Source of the DNA: Fistulifera solaris
Lineage: Eukaryota
Direction of reading: 5' to 3'
DNA length: 64,000 bases
Assembly (NCBI GenBank): GCA_030295235.1
Contig: AP026164.1
Span: 2,356,001 to 2,420,000, forward strand
The notes beneath the pieces were generated by a model, which ran no database searches, was not told the DNA's origin, and worked only from the letters and a program-made list of their open reading frames with translations. This document shows, one piece after another, positions 47,807 to 61,562 of the stretch. Position numbers and translations under genes: made by a program. Numbering within the stretch: position 1 is the first letter of the stretch; each line of letters begins with the position of its first letter.

Positions 47807-49654
47807 TTAGTCTCTCAGTATGCTCTTTGATTCAATAATACAATTGTACGAGTGAAACCCCTCTCCGTGAACAAGGACATACTTCTGAAGCGTCTTCTCT
47901 TCATCTTCAATCAAAACAGCCCGCGTCCACCATGGACCATCAATTGCGGAATTTTCGAGCGAGCTACCAAAAGAAATAGGAGCGAGACACCCGACCAGTA
48001 TACCTGATTGAGTTTTATCTTGCTTGTGCAGTGCAAAGTCAAGGCTGGATGACTTGTAGGACGACCCATCGCTCAGTATTCCGTGCCAGTGTACATCCAG
48101 AACTTTTCCACTTGTTGTACATTGCGTGATGAGTACCTCGCTCACAGCGACAAGACCGCGGCCGCTTTTCGATCCCTGTCTTCCCAAGCCCTTTCTTTTT
48201 ATTGATTCCGAGTGCTGATTCACAAAGTTGACGTCCCCTGAATAGCTTGTATCACAGCTAAGTATCCAAGCAGTTCTATTGCAGTCATAGAGCGGTACAG
48301 CAATTGGATTCGGCATATCACCTTGTGGCTGATGACCGGTGCAAATGATAGCTAATTCAGAGCGACGAAAGAAATCTCGTACCAACCCCACGAAAACGGC
48401 ATGCTTCGGTTCATCGCTATTCGGGAAAAACGATCGAGGCATGCCGTTCGTGCACCACCGATTGTAAACGATAGTTGGATTGCGTCGCCCTTGAGGTGGA
48501 ATCGACCCCATTCCGTACTGCATCAGCTGGGAGAAGTTCGATTTTGGATCAATCAGATCATATCCCCAATCACCCTCTGACCAGAACTGTACTCTTGGCA
48601 CGCCTTTGAGCGCTTCCTCTTTCCACGACGCCACTCTTTCTTCGGCAAAGTTATTTAACAAACGTATCCAATCTTTAATCGACGAAACACGAATATCGGA
48701 AGCTTTTGTATTTTGCGGTAGCCATGGCATGGCAAACGTCAAGTCGTCCCAAAATCCGTCAGTACTAACTTCTCTGTGAGATACATCAGCAAGTATTTCA
48801 CTTGTCAATGGCAAGGCTCCGTGAACAAACAAAATTTCCCCCAGCTGAAAGGCAAGGTTGCTATTCGACAAATATCTCCCCATTTCCCCTTCGGGATGTG
48901 TGCTGCGCTGATACGAAATTACAACATCCTCGTCTGTCACGGTGGAAGTAAAATTTTCAGTGCTCTGACCTTCCAGCCCCCTTAACAATAGTTCCTCTTG
49001 CTCCAGTTCCCACTTTCGGTAATCAAATGCCCTCGGACTGCCCATCGTATTCCCCAAAATCCACTTTAATCGCTCGGACGGAGACTGCGTGAGCAGTTGT
49101 CGCTCATCCGGGTCTCCTGTTATTTTTCTGCCTTTTAACCAGTAAACTCCATAAGACTCCGGCAACAATCCTTGCTCATCTAGATGTAATTCTTGTAGCA
49201 GTCTCATTTTGTTGATATCACGATTTCCCAAAACAATGTGCACATGTTCCGGATACCGCTCTTTCAAATCCAGCAATTGCCGAATGACGTACAAATCCGA
49301 TCCCCCTTGATCCCATATATCCCCTCCAAACACTAAGCAGTCCCGAAAGGGTCGCTGAAAGTCGATGCAGTGCTGGTACGGAAAGAAATTGGTTTCGAGA
49401 CGAGGATCACAGGGTCGGAAGCATAAAACTTTTGACTGTTTCACGTATCGCGTCAAATAATCTCGGTCACCTTCAATGTCGGTAATGAATGTTATCTTCC
49501 GACTGTTATCATCCGCTTGAAAGGAAAAAGTTCTGATCGAATTGCTAGAAGAGAAAGATTGTTGATTCTGCCGAGGTAAGAAAGCAGAAATAGACGAGTA
49601 TGCTCGATTGGCGGCAATGAATGGCCCTATTCTCCGGGAAACAAGTGACCACAT
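47807..49654 (-). CDS. Calcineurin-like metallophosphoesterase, possibly mitochondrial
   Basis: ITDIEG, GGDIWDQG, LGNRDINK, FVHG, GHQPQGD motifs; MWSLVSRRI.. presequence-like start inside a 684 aa ORF. Confidence 0.78.
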   Translation of the reverse strand: MWSLVSRRIGPFIAANRAYSSISAFLPRQNQQSFSSSNSIRTFSFQADDNSRKITFITDIEGDRDYLTRYVKQSKVLCFRPCDPRLETNFFPYQHCIDFQRPFRDCLVFGGDIWDQGGSDLYVIRQLLDLKERYPEHVHIVLGNRDINKMRLLQELHLDEQGLLPESYGVYWLKGRKITGDPDERQLLTQSPSERLKWILGNTMGSPRAFDYRKWELEQEELLLRGLEGQSTENFTSTVTDEDVVISYQRSTHPEGEMGRYLSNSNLAFQLGEILFVHGALPLTSEILADVSHREVSTDGFWDDLTFAMPWLPQNTKASDIRVSSIKDWIRLLNNFAEERVASWKEEALKGVPRVQFWSEGDWGYDLIDPKSNFSQLMQYGMGSIPPQGRRNPTIVYNRWCTNGMPRSFFPNSDEPKHAVFVGLVRDFFRRSELAIICTGHQPQGDMPNPIAVPLYDCNRTAWILSCDTSYSGDVNFVNQHSESIKRKGLGRQGSKSGRGLVAVSEVLITQCTTSGKVLDVHWHGILSDGSSYKSSSLDFALHKQDKTQSGILVGCLAPISFGSSLENSAIDGPWWTRAVLIEDEEKTLQKYVLVHGEGFHSYNCIIESKSILRD

Positions 49655-50272
49655 TCCTGTATTGTTCCGACCAAAGATCCAATGAAGAGTGAGGGCAGTC
49701 AATTGTTCGAGGGCTCGTATTCTCATTCCGGGTACAACAGAGAACGGAAAACACAAAGAATGAAGTGAAAAGAATGATAATCTCTTTATTTTTCGCGTTT
49801 TTGATGTGATGTGATTTCTCTCCTCTCTCCCTTCTCCCTTCGACGCACGAACGACGGACATGAGCTTTAATAAAACGAACTCCTCGCTCTCGCTCCTCGA
49901 CCCTCGACTAATATTAACCTAATACCTAATACGGAGTACCTGCTATTGTAGTAGCGAAAAACCGATGGCTCTTTTTATAGAATACAGAGTCGTTACTACT
50001 TGTCGCACTGGCGAGAATTTCCCCGTGTCTTTCGTGCGCCGCCGAACCGCTTTCACTACAAAGTACAAAGTACTTTTACTTGCGTTATTGAACTCGAAAA
50101 TTGCCTTCTGTTGTCAAGGGAAGCATTTATTTAGTAATCTTGTTGACGAAACTGTCTCTTTGCTTACCAAACTTCGAAAATTTTCACGAGTGGTTGAAAA
50201 AAGGGGATCATTTACGACGGAATCGAAGCAGTTAGCATTAGCAAGTGTCATTATTTCTCGTGAACACGACGA

Positions 50273-52429
50273 ATGAGTGTTTCCGCGAAAGAATCTGATT
50301 CTCTGTTGCCGGCTAGGCAACAAATGTACGAACGAGAATCCGTTATTACATCCCGTTTTAAAACGATTCTCTTTTTAGTCATACTCGTATTTGCGGGAAT
50401 CGCCTATCAGAGCGAAGTCAATCAATTGCAGTTGTTACTTGAATCCCAGACGGAAAAGATCGATCATCTCGAAGCCGTCTTGCAAATTCACAATGAAGTC
50501 ATCAATCGATTCAATGCTTCCGTCACCAACTCGGATGTCGTCAAGCGGTTGGAAACGCTGGAAGATTCGTTCGTCGTGACGCAGGCGAAATTGAAAAAAG
50601 ATCTCCAAAACGTCGAAGACAAGGTATCGGCTGAACTTTCGGATACCCTGCTTTCGTTGAATGCCACTGTCAGTCGAGCGGAGCGTGAAATTTCCGATGA
50701 AGTTGAAAAAGTCAAAAGGATGTCGAGCACTACGTTGTGACCACGCAAGATCAGTTTAGCATGGAAAATTCGTTCATGGTCTACCAGCTCGCTGGAACTT
50801 TTACCCTCTTGAGTGGCTTGATTTCGATGTGGCACATGACGGCACATTTACGGCGCATGAATCAACCCGATGTACAACGAAAGATATTGGCGATTCTTTG
50901 GATGGTTCCCATTTACGCCATCACTTCGTGGTTCAGCTTGGTGTTTCATTCCGCAGAGGGTTATTTGGCGATTCTGAAGGATGGATACGAGGCCTATGTG
51001 ATCTACCAGTTTCTTTCGTTTTGCATTGCCGTCTTAGGGAAAGGCGATCGAAACGTTGTAATTGATTTACTCGCCAAGAGAGCCGATCACTTGACTCCAC
51101 CCTTCCGGCTCGTTGGGATTCTCGAGATTTGCGGTTTGTGTCATCCGAAACAATACACGAGCGACCGGGCTCTCGCTTCCGATATCTTATTGCAATGCCA
51201 ATTCTTTGCCATGCAATTCGTTTTCTTTCGACCATTGACGACAACGGCTATGGTGGTCTTGAAGAAAATGGATTATTATGGCGCCGGTACGGGGCCGACG
51301 GACTACCGCTCTCCTCAATTTTATATCACCATCATTCAAAACATTTCGATTTTCACGGCATTCACAGGTCTGTTGAAATTTTATCACGCGGTGGATAAAG
51401 ATCTGGCTTGGTGCCGGCCTTTCGCCAAGTTCCTTTGTATCAAATGCGTCGTCTTCATGACATTCTGGCAGGGCCTGGCTATTTCAATTCTGGCTTCGAC
51501 CACGGATGTAGGCGGTCAGGATGCCACGGAGTGGGCTCAGTCCGCTCAGAACTTTTTGATTTGTCTGGAAATGTTACTCTTTTCCATCGCTCATTTCTAC
51601 TGCTTTCCAACCGATGAATGGGAAGAAGGTTACCGCGTGAAGCATTCCGACGGAAAGTTCGGTGACAGCATTGCTCTGCGTGATTTCTTCTCTGATGTGA
51701 AACTGATTCTACGGTACGTTACTTGTTCGTCTGGTACCGGTACATTTCTACCATTGTTTTTGACACCTTTATAGAGCCAACGCGCAGGACAAAGTTAAAA
51801 AAGTCGTTAGCGATTCTGCGATTCCCGAGGGCGACGAAGAGGAAGGTAGCCATGGCTCTTACAAAACCGAAAGTCCGAGTGTGGATGACACAGATGTCGG
51901 CACTCCAGTCGATGTTAGAGATAGCGGATACCAGACGCCTGCGATAGAACATCGATTGCTACAAAAAGAAGAGCAACGATTAGCACTTGCTTTAGAGGAA
52001 TGCTTGGGACTCGCTGCTGACGACCCCGACATAGCAGAAGCAAAAGAAAGATTACTGAAGAGTAATTTTCTATCCCCAGATTTGTTTGCTGTTTCAGATT
52101 CATTTGTTGACGACGATGCTATCGATAAGCAAATCGGAGCGTATTTGGGAGAAAATCTTGACGTTAGTGATGTTGCGGATGAATCTCAAGTCGTGCCAGA
52201 TGGCGAGGCCGATGAAGAAGTAGGTGATATTGATTATTATCCGAAAGGAGGTATCTACAGCAACGTGAAATATGTCGAAGACGAGGAAGCAGCTAAAGAG
52301 ACATTAAGTCTATTGTCTTCTCCAGACTACAAGCTACGACCGAGCATCTTTACTACTGTCGCGTCAATAGCCGAACCTGACCCGGGAAGTGATCGGAAAA
52401 TCAAAGAGGAGGAGACATCATCAAATTAA
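50273..52429 (+). CDS. TMEM184 / organic solute transporter alpha family protein
   Basis: ILWMVPIYA, YEAYVIYQF, KFLCIKCVVFMTFWQG, QNFLICLEM; N-terminal TM + coiled coil; intron 51714-51774; frameshifts. Confidence 0.88.
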
Positions 52430-52513
52430 GAAACGCAAGTCAAAATTAATGTTCCAGTAGTTCTACAAAGAAATCTTAACCGGCCCTTTATAATGTGTAG
52501 GCGGATTCGTTCA

Positions 52514-55500
52514 TTAGACAACAGATTCCCATTCGTTTGCAGCAGCTTTTTCGGTCGCTCCAAGAGTAATTTGTCTAGCGATGAACATAGAAAGATCCTT
52601 TTCTATCCAGTACGAAGAGTGAGCAGCGAGTGCAGCTACATACTCGTTAGCACTTTCGATCTCCTTCTCTTGAAGCATGTAATCGATGCGTCTGCCTTGA
52701 TTGAGAGCGCCTGATTTAACGCCAGTAGAACTTGGATCATCCGAGCTGAAGGCGGATTCCAAGTCGTCATCACAATGCTGTGCCAATGAAGAATCCATCA
52801 AGCCCATGCCGACAACTTTGGCTTCAAAAGCCGCCAAGAAATTTTGCTGCGTTTGCCAAGTAGAGTCGACAAACATTCTCCATAAGCGTTTGGTCTGGTA
52901 TTGAACTCGCAGGCCTCCATTCCAATGTGCCATAATCATGGGGTCATATTCAGAATTCCTAGGGTCAATGCAGGGCTCAAGTCTGTACGCAACCGGATCG
53001 TAGGGATGAAAAATGTTGAAGACTCGACGGCACCCTTTGAGATAAAAAAGATTCGGTCAATGGCGCTCTCTGGTTTCGAATCATGAGAAAAACCGCAACC
53101 GGTGATCCCAACAGGAAAAAGTTATCGACACTAAAGTCAAGTTGCGGATACGAATAGTCTACTGGTTCGTTGCTCGGGTCATACGATAATTCTGAGGTTT
53201 GGCTCATTTGCGAAAGGGGACTTCCGTACTGAAGCAGAGAATCTAAGCTTTCACTCGATTCATTTTTCTGTTCAACAAGCAGAGATTCGTCATTCACCTG
53301 AAGATGCTCACATCGTTGGTTTGAAAGGATGTCCCAGCTGATAATGGAGCCCAGACTGTGACCTATCAGCGAAATGTCACCTTTGAAACCCGTCAACTCG
53401 CGAAATTTCTCAACAACGACATTCATCTCATTGGCTACGACGTCAACAATAATATCATGGTGCTCCGGACTCATGAAGTAAAGGACATCCATAAGTGTAT
53501 CATTCGCAAACTCTCTCATTTGAGGAATCGTCTTGAGTGAGATGTCATTGAGCATGACATTTTTTCTCGTCTTCCCTGAATCGGTAGCGCTTTCTGTAGA
53601 CGCTGCCCTTCGTTGCGAAACGATTGAAAATGCTTCGTGCCATTCGACGGGCAAGTATTCAACTCGTCCTTTCTTCTCGCCTGCTTGGGAGAGAGAAGAT
53701 CGGACTTCTTCAATCTCCACATGGTTCTTTCTCAGAAAACCACAGCAGTCAACAATGGACGAAAGGTTCGGAAGGGAGAGACCGAAAACATCCATCGACT
53801 GCATCATTTCCCCGATACCATGAACAATTAGAATGAGGTGGTCCGTGTCTTGTACCTTGTGATCAACCAAGTTTTTCGCCATATCATTTTCATACAATCT
53901 CTTTGTTGGGACAGCGAGCGAAGCAAACGGGGATTCTTGATTCGTTGTGAGAACAAAGCCTGTTTCAGATTTTGTTGGCGGTGGGGCCAAAACGGATCGT
54001 ATGGATACATCGGGTACCATCGTCTCGCCCAACGTCCCGCTCTCTTCTACCGCTTGGAGTATTGATTCTGTAATAGATCGCGGCGCGCTCTCTGAGAGTA
54101 ACGTTCGATCCTTTTCCAACCAAGCACCACGGTACACCCTCCGCTTGAACATTGCGATAGCCGCACCCAGCCCTTTCTGAATTACTGTTGCGTACGTCAG
54201 GGGAGCTGAACTGGACCAGAACCGTCCCCTCGCCCAAATTTGGTACTTCCACTGTCAGAAGAGCCCCATCAATTTCCATGTTGTGATCAAAGGCGCGTCG
54301 CAAATTCATCCAGTTTAAAAACAAATAGGCATCTTCCAGTAACGCTTGAGCCTCATCCCCAAATGGTTGAAGTCCACGAGCGGTGTCGAGAAACCAGTTG
54401 GAGCGGCGCACTTCGTCACCCGGTCCATAGAATCGCCAAAGAGTCGGTCGCATGATCATCGTCAAGGGAGGGGGCGCAAAAGCCGCCATGGGACCAGTTT
54501 TATCTTGTTCTTGTTCGCAACATGTCGGACAAAGATCACCTAATTGCCTTGGTGCCATGACTTGCTCGGGTAACTCCTTTCGGCACAAGGGGCAGCACAA
54601 TCGAAACGAGACAGCGTGACGATTTTGATCCACCAAAACGTCCGACAACGGATCCGGTTCATACCATTTTGCTATTGTCGCGTATTTGGTATCCTCCAGT
54701 CCTCCATCATTTCTGCGTCGATGATACGAATACCGAATTCTTCCTTCCCGGACTATTTCTCTGTAACGTTGTTCTAAATCTTTTTGCTCTTGATTGCGAC
54801 AACAGATCCACGCAGCATCCTTCCCGGGATGCCTACCGTTGATATACGGAAGTCGAAACCATAAAGGAGAGATTTCCGGCCCACCGGTCACTTCGTCTAA
54901 ATCATACGTATCACCCGAGCCCACCAGGAACGGATCTTCTAATGCTCGGTAGTTGGGATACGGACACAACCATTCGTCATCTTCCGTCAAGGACGAGCCC
55001 CGTTGTTTCAACACTCCCGTCAAGACCAGATCATCGTACAGAGGACGATTGTGAAAGCGGATATGCGCCGCTAGTTCGTACCGCGCGACGGGGTCTGTGA
55101 GGCTGAAATAACGATCACAAATGTGATCAATGACATCTTTCTTGATCATACTATCGAGTGTGGCGTACGGACCACTCCCCAAGACTTTCCACTGGGTATG
55201 CGATAAAGTGCGGGTAATGTTGGCGTCGGCGCGCTTGACGTAAAGACACAATTCCCGAAACATGGTCGAGAGGGCCCACTTGGTCCCATTGAGGGCAAAA
55301 TCGACAGTATCACGCACTTTTTGACGCGATGGAATGGGATATTGCGCGATCTCCCAACTGCGGTGCACAAAACCCACGGTAAAACACAAAGCCGGCACGA
55401 GAAAGTTTTCTCCGACGAACGGTACTTGCTTTGCGAGATCGAGTGTTTGTACTCCCAAATGAATCGCCCCGTCACTTTGAAAAAAACCAATGATCCCTAA

Positions 55501-55911
55501 AGCCACCTGCTCGGCCCCGCTAAAGGCCGGCAAAATAATCCAATCTCGGACTGGCAAAAGAAACCGTGTTCAATTTTTCCCGTCCCATCTTTCGTGGCAC
55601 TGTAAATGCCGCGGGCCGATTTGAAGCAAGCCACCGACAATCCGCGGAGAGCCGTGTACGCCGCCTCCCATTGATCAACGGCCGACAAGGCGGCTTCAAT
55701 CGACGCATCATTCGAATCCCAAACGACTTGTTTGGTCGTCATGGCGGCGTGTCGTCCAACGCGTTGCACGCGCCAGAGCGGATGCGTCGACTTTTTTCTT
55801 CTTTTTGGGCAGGTAGCGGTACGGAACAAAGGGAGAAATGAGGATGGCGTCGTCGCGCGGTGAAGCGGGTAATTTCGGAGGATGATGATGATGATGATGA
55901 TCATTGTTCAT
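52514..55911 (-). CDS. DDHD-domain phospholipase A1
   Basis: HLILIVHGIG, VEYLPVEW, DVLYFMSP, lipase motif GHSLGS, FLLGSP, RRIDYMLQE, AHSSYW; several homopolymer frameshifts. Confidence 0.85.
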
Positions 55912-56458
55912 TGTTTTTTTTCTTTTCTCTGGAATGAAAAGAGAGATAGACAGTCGTTCCCTATTTTCCAAGAATAACAAGAATAACACAGTTAGCGCTC
56001 TCTAAAACCTTTCGTTGTTTTGTTTTTATACCTGGTACCAGTAACTAGTAGTGCAGTGCCATGTCAAAAAAAAAAAAAGAAATGCCGTCCTGGTCCCTGC
56101 TAAGGTTACCAGGGTACAGCCTGAACCATACAAACAAATGCTGCATCGAAGAAACAGCTCCGTCATAGTCTCTTCGGCATTGAAGGCGCACAGTCCATTG
56201 GCACAAATAGGTCTCGATCTCGACGGTAGGATAGCTGGCCGGACGGAGGACAGTCGTAAAGTTCAGTATCGCAGGTTGCGTTGATTGGAATTGCGATGCG
56301 ATGATGATGTGTGTCTGCTCTATGTGCATTATTATTATTATTTAATTTGCGAAAACCATTTCCCAGCCCTTCAATCGTAACCAGCGTTTTTGCACGGTAA
56401 AAAAACAAACAAACAAAAAAAAAAAAAGAACGAGAGAAAAAAGGTGCCCAGCGACGAG

Positions 56459-57510
56459 ATGACATCCCAAGACGTCGACAAATGCCATTGTTCCTGGTCC
56501 GACTGGAGTTGGTTCAGTGAACAAATCGAACAACATGCTCCGAAGGGACACGTATGGTTGGGAAAATCGTCACCGCGGGAAGCAAAGTAAGGTTGTCGCA
56601 GCGGACCATGTTGGAACGGATGTTGTTTCTTTGGCGGCCATGTGTCAACATATCCCCGGGATCGAAGAAGCCTTTCGAGATGGTGGTCGCGGATCGAACA
56701 ACACGAAGAAGAAGAATCGGAAAGAAATTGTGCTCGCTAGACACCATTTTCCGATCGTCGTGTACGACTTTTCTCGGTGCCCGACGGGATTACCACTCTC
56801 GTAAAAAGAAGGACAAATGGATTTTTTTTTTTGATCGAACGCGATGCCAATACCCGTTTGGCGGAAAAAGGGAATCGAGTTTGTTGTTTGGCGGAATTAC
56901 GGACAACGAAATTACTACCCGAAGGTACACTGCGGAAGGAATTTTTCGGCACGCGAAAAGGAATTGATCGGTAGTAAGGGCAAACTGTTTCTATGTGCGC
57001 CCGTCGCATCACGGGACGAAATCTTGGCGGCCCTCCAAGAAATGAAACGAAACAAGAACGATACTACTGATACGGAGCTGGATGAACACTCGGTGTCGCC
57101 CGAACCTACAAAATTGGTTTCACCCGATGAATGCGGAGTTACCCTACGCGACGATGGAACAATCGCCCATCATGGTTCCTCCCGTAGAAGAATGTGTGCA
57201 GAAAATTCAATCCAAAGTTCAGACATTGGGATGAGAACAAGCATCTCGTTCGAACAATTTTCATGTGGCGATTCGATTGTTGCGGTTCTTTTACACGCAT
57301 CATACCGCCATTCCACTGGAAGACGAAAATCATGTCAGGTTAGGATATTTACATCCTTGTCAAAACGAGGATGTCAACAATAAGTCCTGTGCTACCTATC
57401 AGATCGCGAGTACAGTGTCGAGCGAGGGATTGTACTGCTCTCCGTGTCAGTTGCAACGGGTCACCCAGAAGAAAGGAAAACGCCACACCATAGTTTCGCC
57501 AAATTTTTAG
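56459..57510 (+). CDS. Hypothetical Cys/His-containing protein (frameshifted)
   Basis: Chain of overlapping ORFs after an A-rich 5' region, C-terminal CSPC..KKGKRH; no family recognised. Confidence 0.35.
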
Positions 57511-57594
57511 TAAAACGATGTAATCATTCGTCATAAATGGCTCGACTAATCATCACGTTGGCATCCAACAAAGAAAATAGATTATACGGAGTAT

Positions 57595-58993
57595 TTACAT
57601 AATGTGATCATTACTCTTGAAGCTTTCGTTTTTGGAAATTAAATCGCGATCGTGTGGTTGTTCCAACAACTTCGTAAAGTCATTCCCCCGTGGTACCACT
57701 GAATAGATATTCAATTGAGGATGCGACGTGTAGTAGTGCGCTTTGATCTGTTCCATATTGACAGTTGCCTTAACTCCCGGCATTTGATAAATTTCTCGTA
57801 AGTAGTTCAAAATGGATGGCGTATAGGTCACCATGCGCGTATTCGTCTTGAAATACACAACATATACTTCATCGAACCGCAACAGTGTCACAAACAATCG
57901 AACATCGGCTTCCGTGAACTCATCTCCGGCAATATACCGCTGATTCTGCAAAATCTGGTCAATGCGATCAAAGGATTCGGTCAATTCGTGAATCGCTGTA
58001 TCGTAAGCACTCTGTGTCTTGGCAAAGCCACATCGGTACACGCCATTGTTGATCGTCGGATACACCCAATCATTGACTGTATCAATGGCGTCTCTCAAAT
58101 GTTCCGGATACAGATCCAAGTCTTTGTATTTGGCAAATTCATTGAACTCAGAGTTCAGCATCCGAATGATTTCCGACGATTCGTTGCTCACAATTGTATT
58201 GAGTTTCTTGTCCCACAAAATAGGGACACTATACTTTCCGTCCGTATCACCGGCCTTTTCGTAGATGCCTCGGATGTTCTTGGCTCCACAAAATGGATCG
58301 GGCTCATTGTCCGGATACGCCGGTGGAAACGGACCACCATTACCGTCCTTGTTGCGCAGCGGTTCGCCATTGGGATCGCCAAAGACCCATCCGGCATGCT
58401 CATCTTCTTCCGGACGGGTTCGTTGCCATGTGGGATGGACGATGGTGATACTAATCACATCTTCCAGTCCCTTCAGTGCGCGTACCAAAACTGTACGATG
58501 AGCCCATGGACAAGCGTGAGCGACGTAGCTGTGAAATATTTTGAGAAAAAAAGATTATTATTAGCAAAGAATGAGTGTCGCAATATGGGTTTTTGACGTC
58601 TACTAGTAAGAAAACCAACCAAAGACTTACAGATGATATCTTCCTTTCTCTGGAGCGAATTTGGCACCCGGCGCTGTCACAAAAGAAACCGTACGAATGA
58701 GACTATCAGAATATCCTTCAATATACAAAGTAAACAGCCAGCAAGCTGCAACGAGAAAGAAACGTACCTCGACTAACCCAATTGCGCCAGGAAGCGTCTT
58801 TCCTGACAAACTCGCCCTTTACACCGTGCTCGTCCAGAGCCGTTCGAACTGTAAATGGTTTTGCAGCAGTGATAGCTGTGGTTCGTTTCAACGACGAAGT
58901 GCGCAAGAACGCGGAGGACGAAGCGGCGAGGAACATGGTGAGTACGTGGAACGAATGAATGAGCTTGACAAGCGGATTGCTGCACTCACTCAT
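57595..58993 (-). CDS. Glutathionyl-hydroquinone reductase / GST omega-like (YqjG/ECM4), plastid-targeted
   Basis: ASSSAF motif, GEFVRKDASWRN, RYHL|YVAHACPWAHR, SVPILWDKK, NESSEI, INNGVYRCGFA; introns 58674-58767 and 58529-58630. Confidence 0.93.
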
Positions 58994-60874
58994 TTGAAAT
59001 ATCGGATCGCTTTATTGTAGCACGATCGTTGGCAATAGAATTGGATTTGTGAGAACAACCCAAAGACTGGCTCAAAGAGGCTTCAACTGTTTTTCAGTTC
59101 GGGTTCGATTTGCTTCCTTTTCTTCGACCGACAACCGCACAAGACACTTGCAATCACATAAAAAATAAAAAACCTCGAGGTTTCTCAAAATAACTTGCTT
59201 CTTGCTTCACCGCAACTATCCATTGAGTGTGAGCTGGTTTATGGTTCGTTGGTATTGGACGTTCGTGGTTTCTATACCAAGTACTAAAGCCCGTACCCCA
59301 CATACGTGGCGCATGCGGCGAAATGGCGGCGTTCTCTTTTGATCGCCTTGCATCGCAAATAATGATGTCCCGCCATATACTTTTGGAAGCATAGCGGAGA
59401 ACAGCGGCGAAGAGGAAACCTCTTCCGCACTCGAACGCGAAACGCCGAAAACTGCACGAGCTGGCGGCGGAAACGTAGGCAACGCATCGCCGCCAATTCA
59501 CGACTGTGCGTTCGTCCGTAGAGCACTTCAACTTCGGGTACAATGTTGTATCTTGATAACAGATTTGAGCTTTCGGTTTTCTGGTCATAGTTCTGAGTTC
59601 TGACGTCAGAGAGGTGAATTTATCAGAAATCGAGTTAAAAATCGTTTGTTGCCTGTACTGTCTAGCTTACGTCATAGAAAATGCAAAAAATTCCGGAGTC
59701 CTGGTCTTAGTCCCGAGCGAGACATGACGTCGGAGCTGTCCGTCTGTGATCCGACGGACGACAACAAAATGCCGCTTCGCCCGGAAAGCACCTCTCAACT
59801 TGGTATTGTGTTTGATGATGGACAGCTAAAATTGTCCATCAAAGTCAAACCGGTTTCAAGTAAGTAAAATATACTTTACGCAAAACGCTTTATCAAACAA
59901 GATCTCGATGACACGTGCTGTAGGGAGTCAGCAAATACACAGAGCGACCACAGCCATCGCTCGAGGGAATCCGCGTGTGGCCCATCGGAATATTCAACAG
60001 CATTTGCCAGGGATACAATGCCTGCAATGGAGTAGCAGCAACACTCGAACTTTGTTCTCTACAGACGCGTCCTATGGAGGCCTTACTCCGTCACTGTTTC
60101 AAACCTTGCCAAACTTTCACACTTCTTCCATCACGATCGCTTGCCCAACTGCTCCGGTATCTTTGCGGTTATCTCTAAATAATGTGCTTTGCCATTCCGA
60201 TGCCGAGGATGACGGCGGGTAATATCCGCTACATACAAGGAGACCACATTGAGTGACGTTTTATACAGCGTCATACAATTGGCAATAGAGAATGGTTATC
60301 TGATGTTTCGATTTCTAGGAATAATTAATGGGATTCTCTATAGTAAGCTCAAGTACGTTATTAAAGAAAGACGTCCTGTTTTGCCAAGTTGACAGTGTCA
60401 CATAAACCCTGCATAAGAAAAAAAGTATTTGGAGTGAGTCAATTCGTCGTTTGGTACATGGGCTGGAAAATATTTGGCGCCGGTTACCCCTCAGAAGGAA
60501 GTCAGCAGATACGAGAATGCATCGACATGTATTCGTTCCGCAATAAAATTGTAGTTATGATCGCGATATCCTCATAGGGAATAGGGGGTACTGCATTTGC
60601 TTTGAAAACGTTTGCGGCTGGCTTACCTTTTTTTAACAGGGGAGGTTTTTCGAGAGAGAAAGACTACTACGTTTGATAGGATTGGATTTTCATTATCTGC
60701 AAAAAGATGAAGAAATTACAGTCGATCGGATCGAATTCGTCAACTTTTAGTGATGAAAAGAAATACAAATGTGAATCACAGCAAAAAGAAAAAACAATCC
60801 GATCAGCAATCCGACGGCTCGACGCAAAAAAACAACAACAACGACCACAACCACAACACAAGAAAAAATAGTCC

Positions 60875-61102
60875 TTACGTTCCGTCATCCTCTTCTGCCA
60901 AATCAAACAGTTCCAAAGCGATCGATGGTGCCGATAAAACACTCCACTGTTGCTGAATGGCATCTACGGATTGAATGGCAAGGGTTCGCACGGCAAGCGA
61001 ACGATGCCTTCGTTCGAGTCCGATCATACGCTGTTCGAGGCGTCTCGATAGTCCTTGATTTCGCCAGGATGAAAATGCCCGTCGCATGGTTTGTGTTCGC
61101 AT
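60875..61102 (-). CDS. Small Arg-rich protein with acidic EEDDGT C-terminus (possibly mitochondrial)
   Basis: 75 aa ATG ORF MRTQTMRRAFSS..; composition only. Confidence 0.3.
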   Translation of the reverse strand: MRTQTMRRAFSSWRNQGLSRRLEQRMIGLERRHRSLAVRTLAIQSVDAIQQQWSVLSAPSIALELFDLAEEDDGT

Positions 61103-61562
61103 ATTGTTTATATATAATGCAGTAAGGGACAAGAAGCGCAGATTCACCAAGGGGTTTTGTCGTTTTGCTTATTTTGGTTGTAAAATGATACCGCGATATG
61201 ATCAAGACGGGTGAGAGTGAGACGAAATGAGAGTGAGAGGTGCTGAACGAAACAAGAATACGTGCGACGTCAGACCGCGTGACTGCTTTCACATAACACA
61301 CACGTGACTTAAAGATGCGCCCTAACAATAATGGCAGAATTTCACCACGACTAAGTTTTCAGTCATGAAACAGGACAGATGAAAAAAAATACGTAGTACG
61401 GAGTAATGAGCAGCATAGGCCCACCTTAATGATTGCATTATTGTCGGGCATAAGAAAACATGTATCAACAACGCAATAGCAATATCCTCCGTTTCATACT
61501 AAATTCTCCTTAACGATCGCTATTCTGATTGCTGACGCTGACGAAGAAAATCGAAAGAAAGG

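Noticed and set aside
59020..60800. Possible genes or ncRNA in the long intergenic stretch
   Set aside because: Only short ORFs without motifs; the GGTTCGATT near 59102 is not embedded in a tRNA cloverleaf
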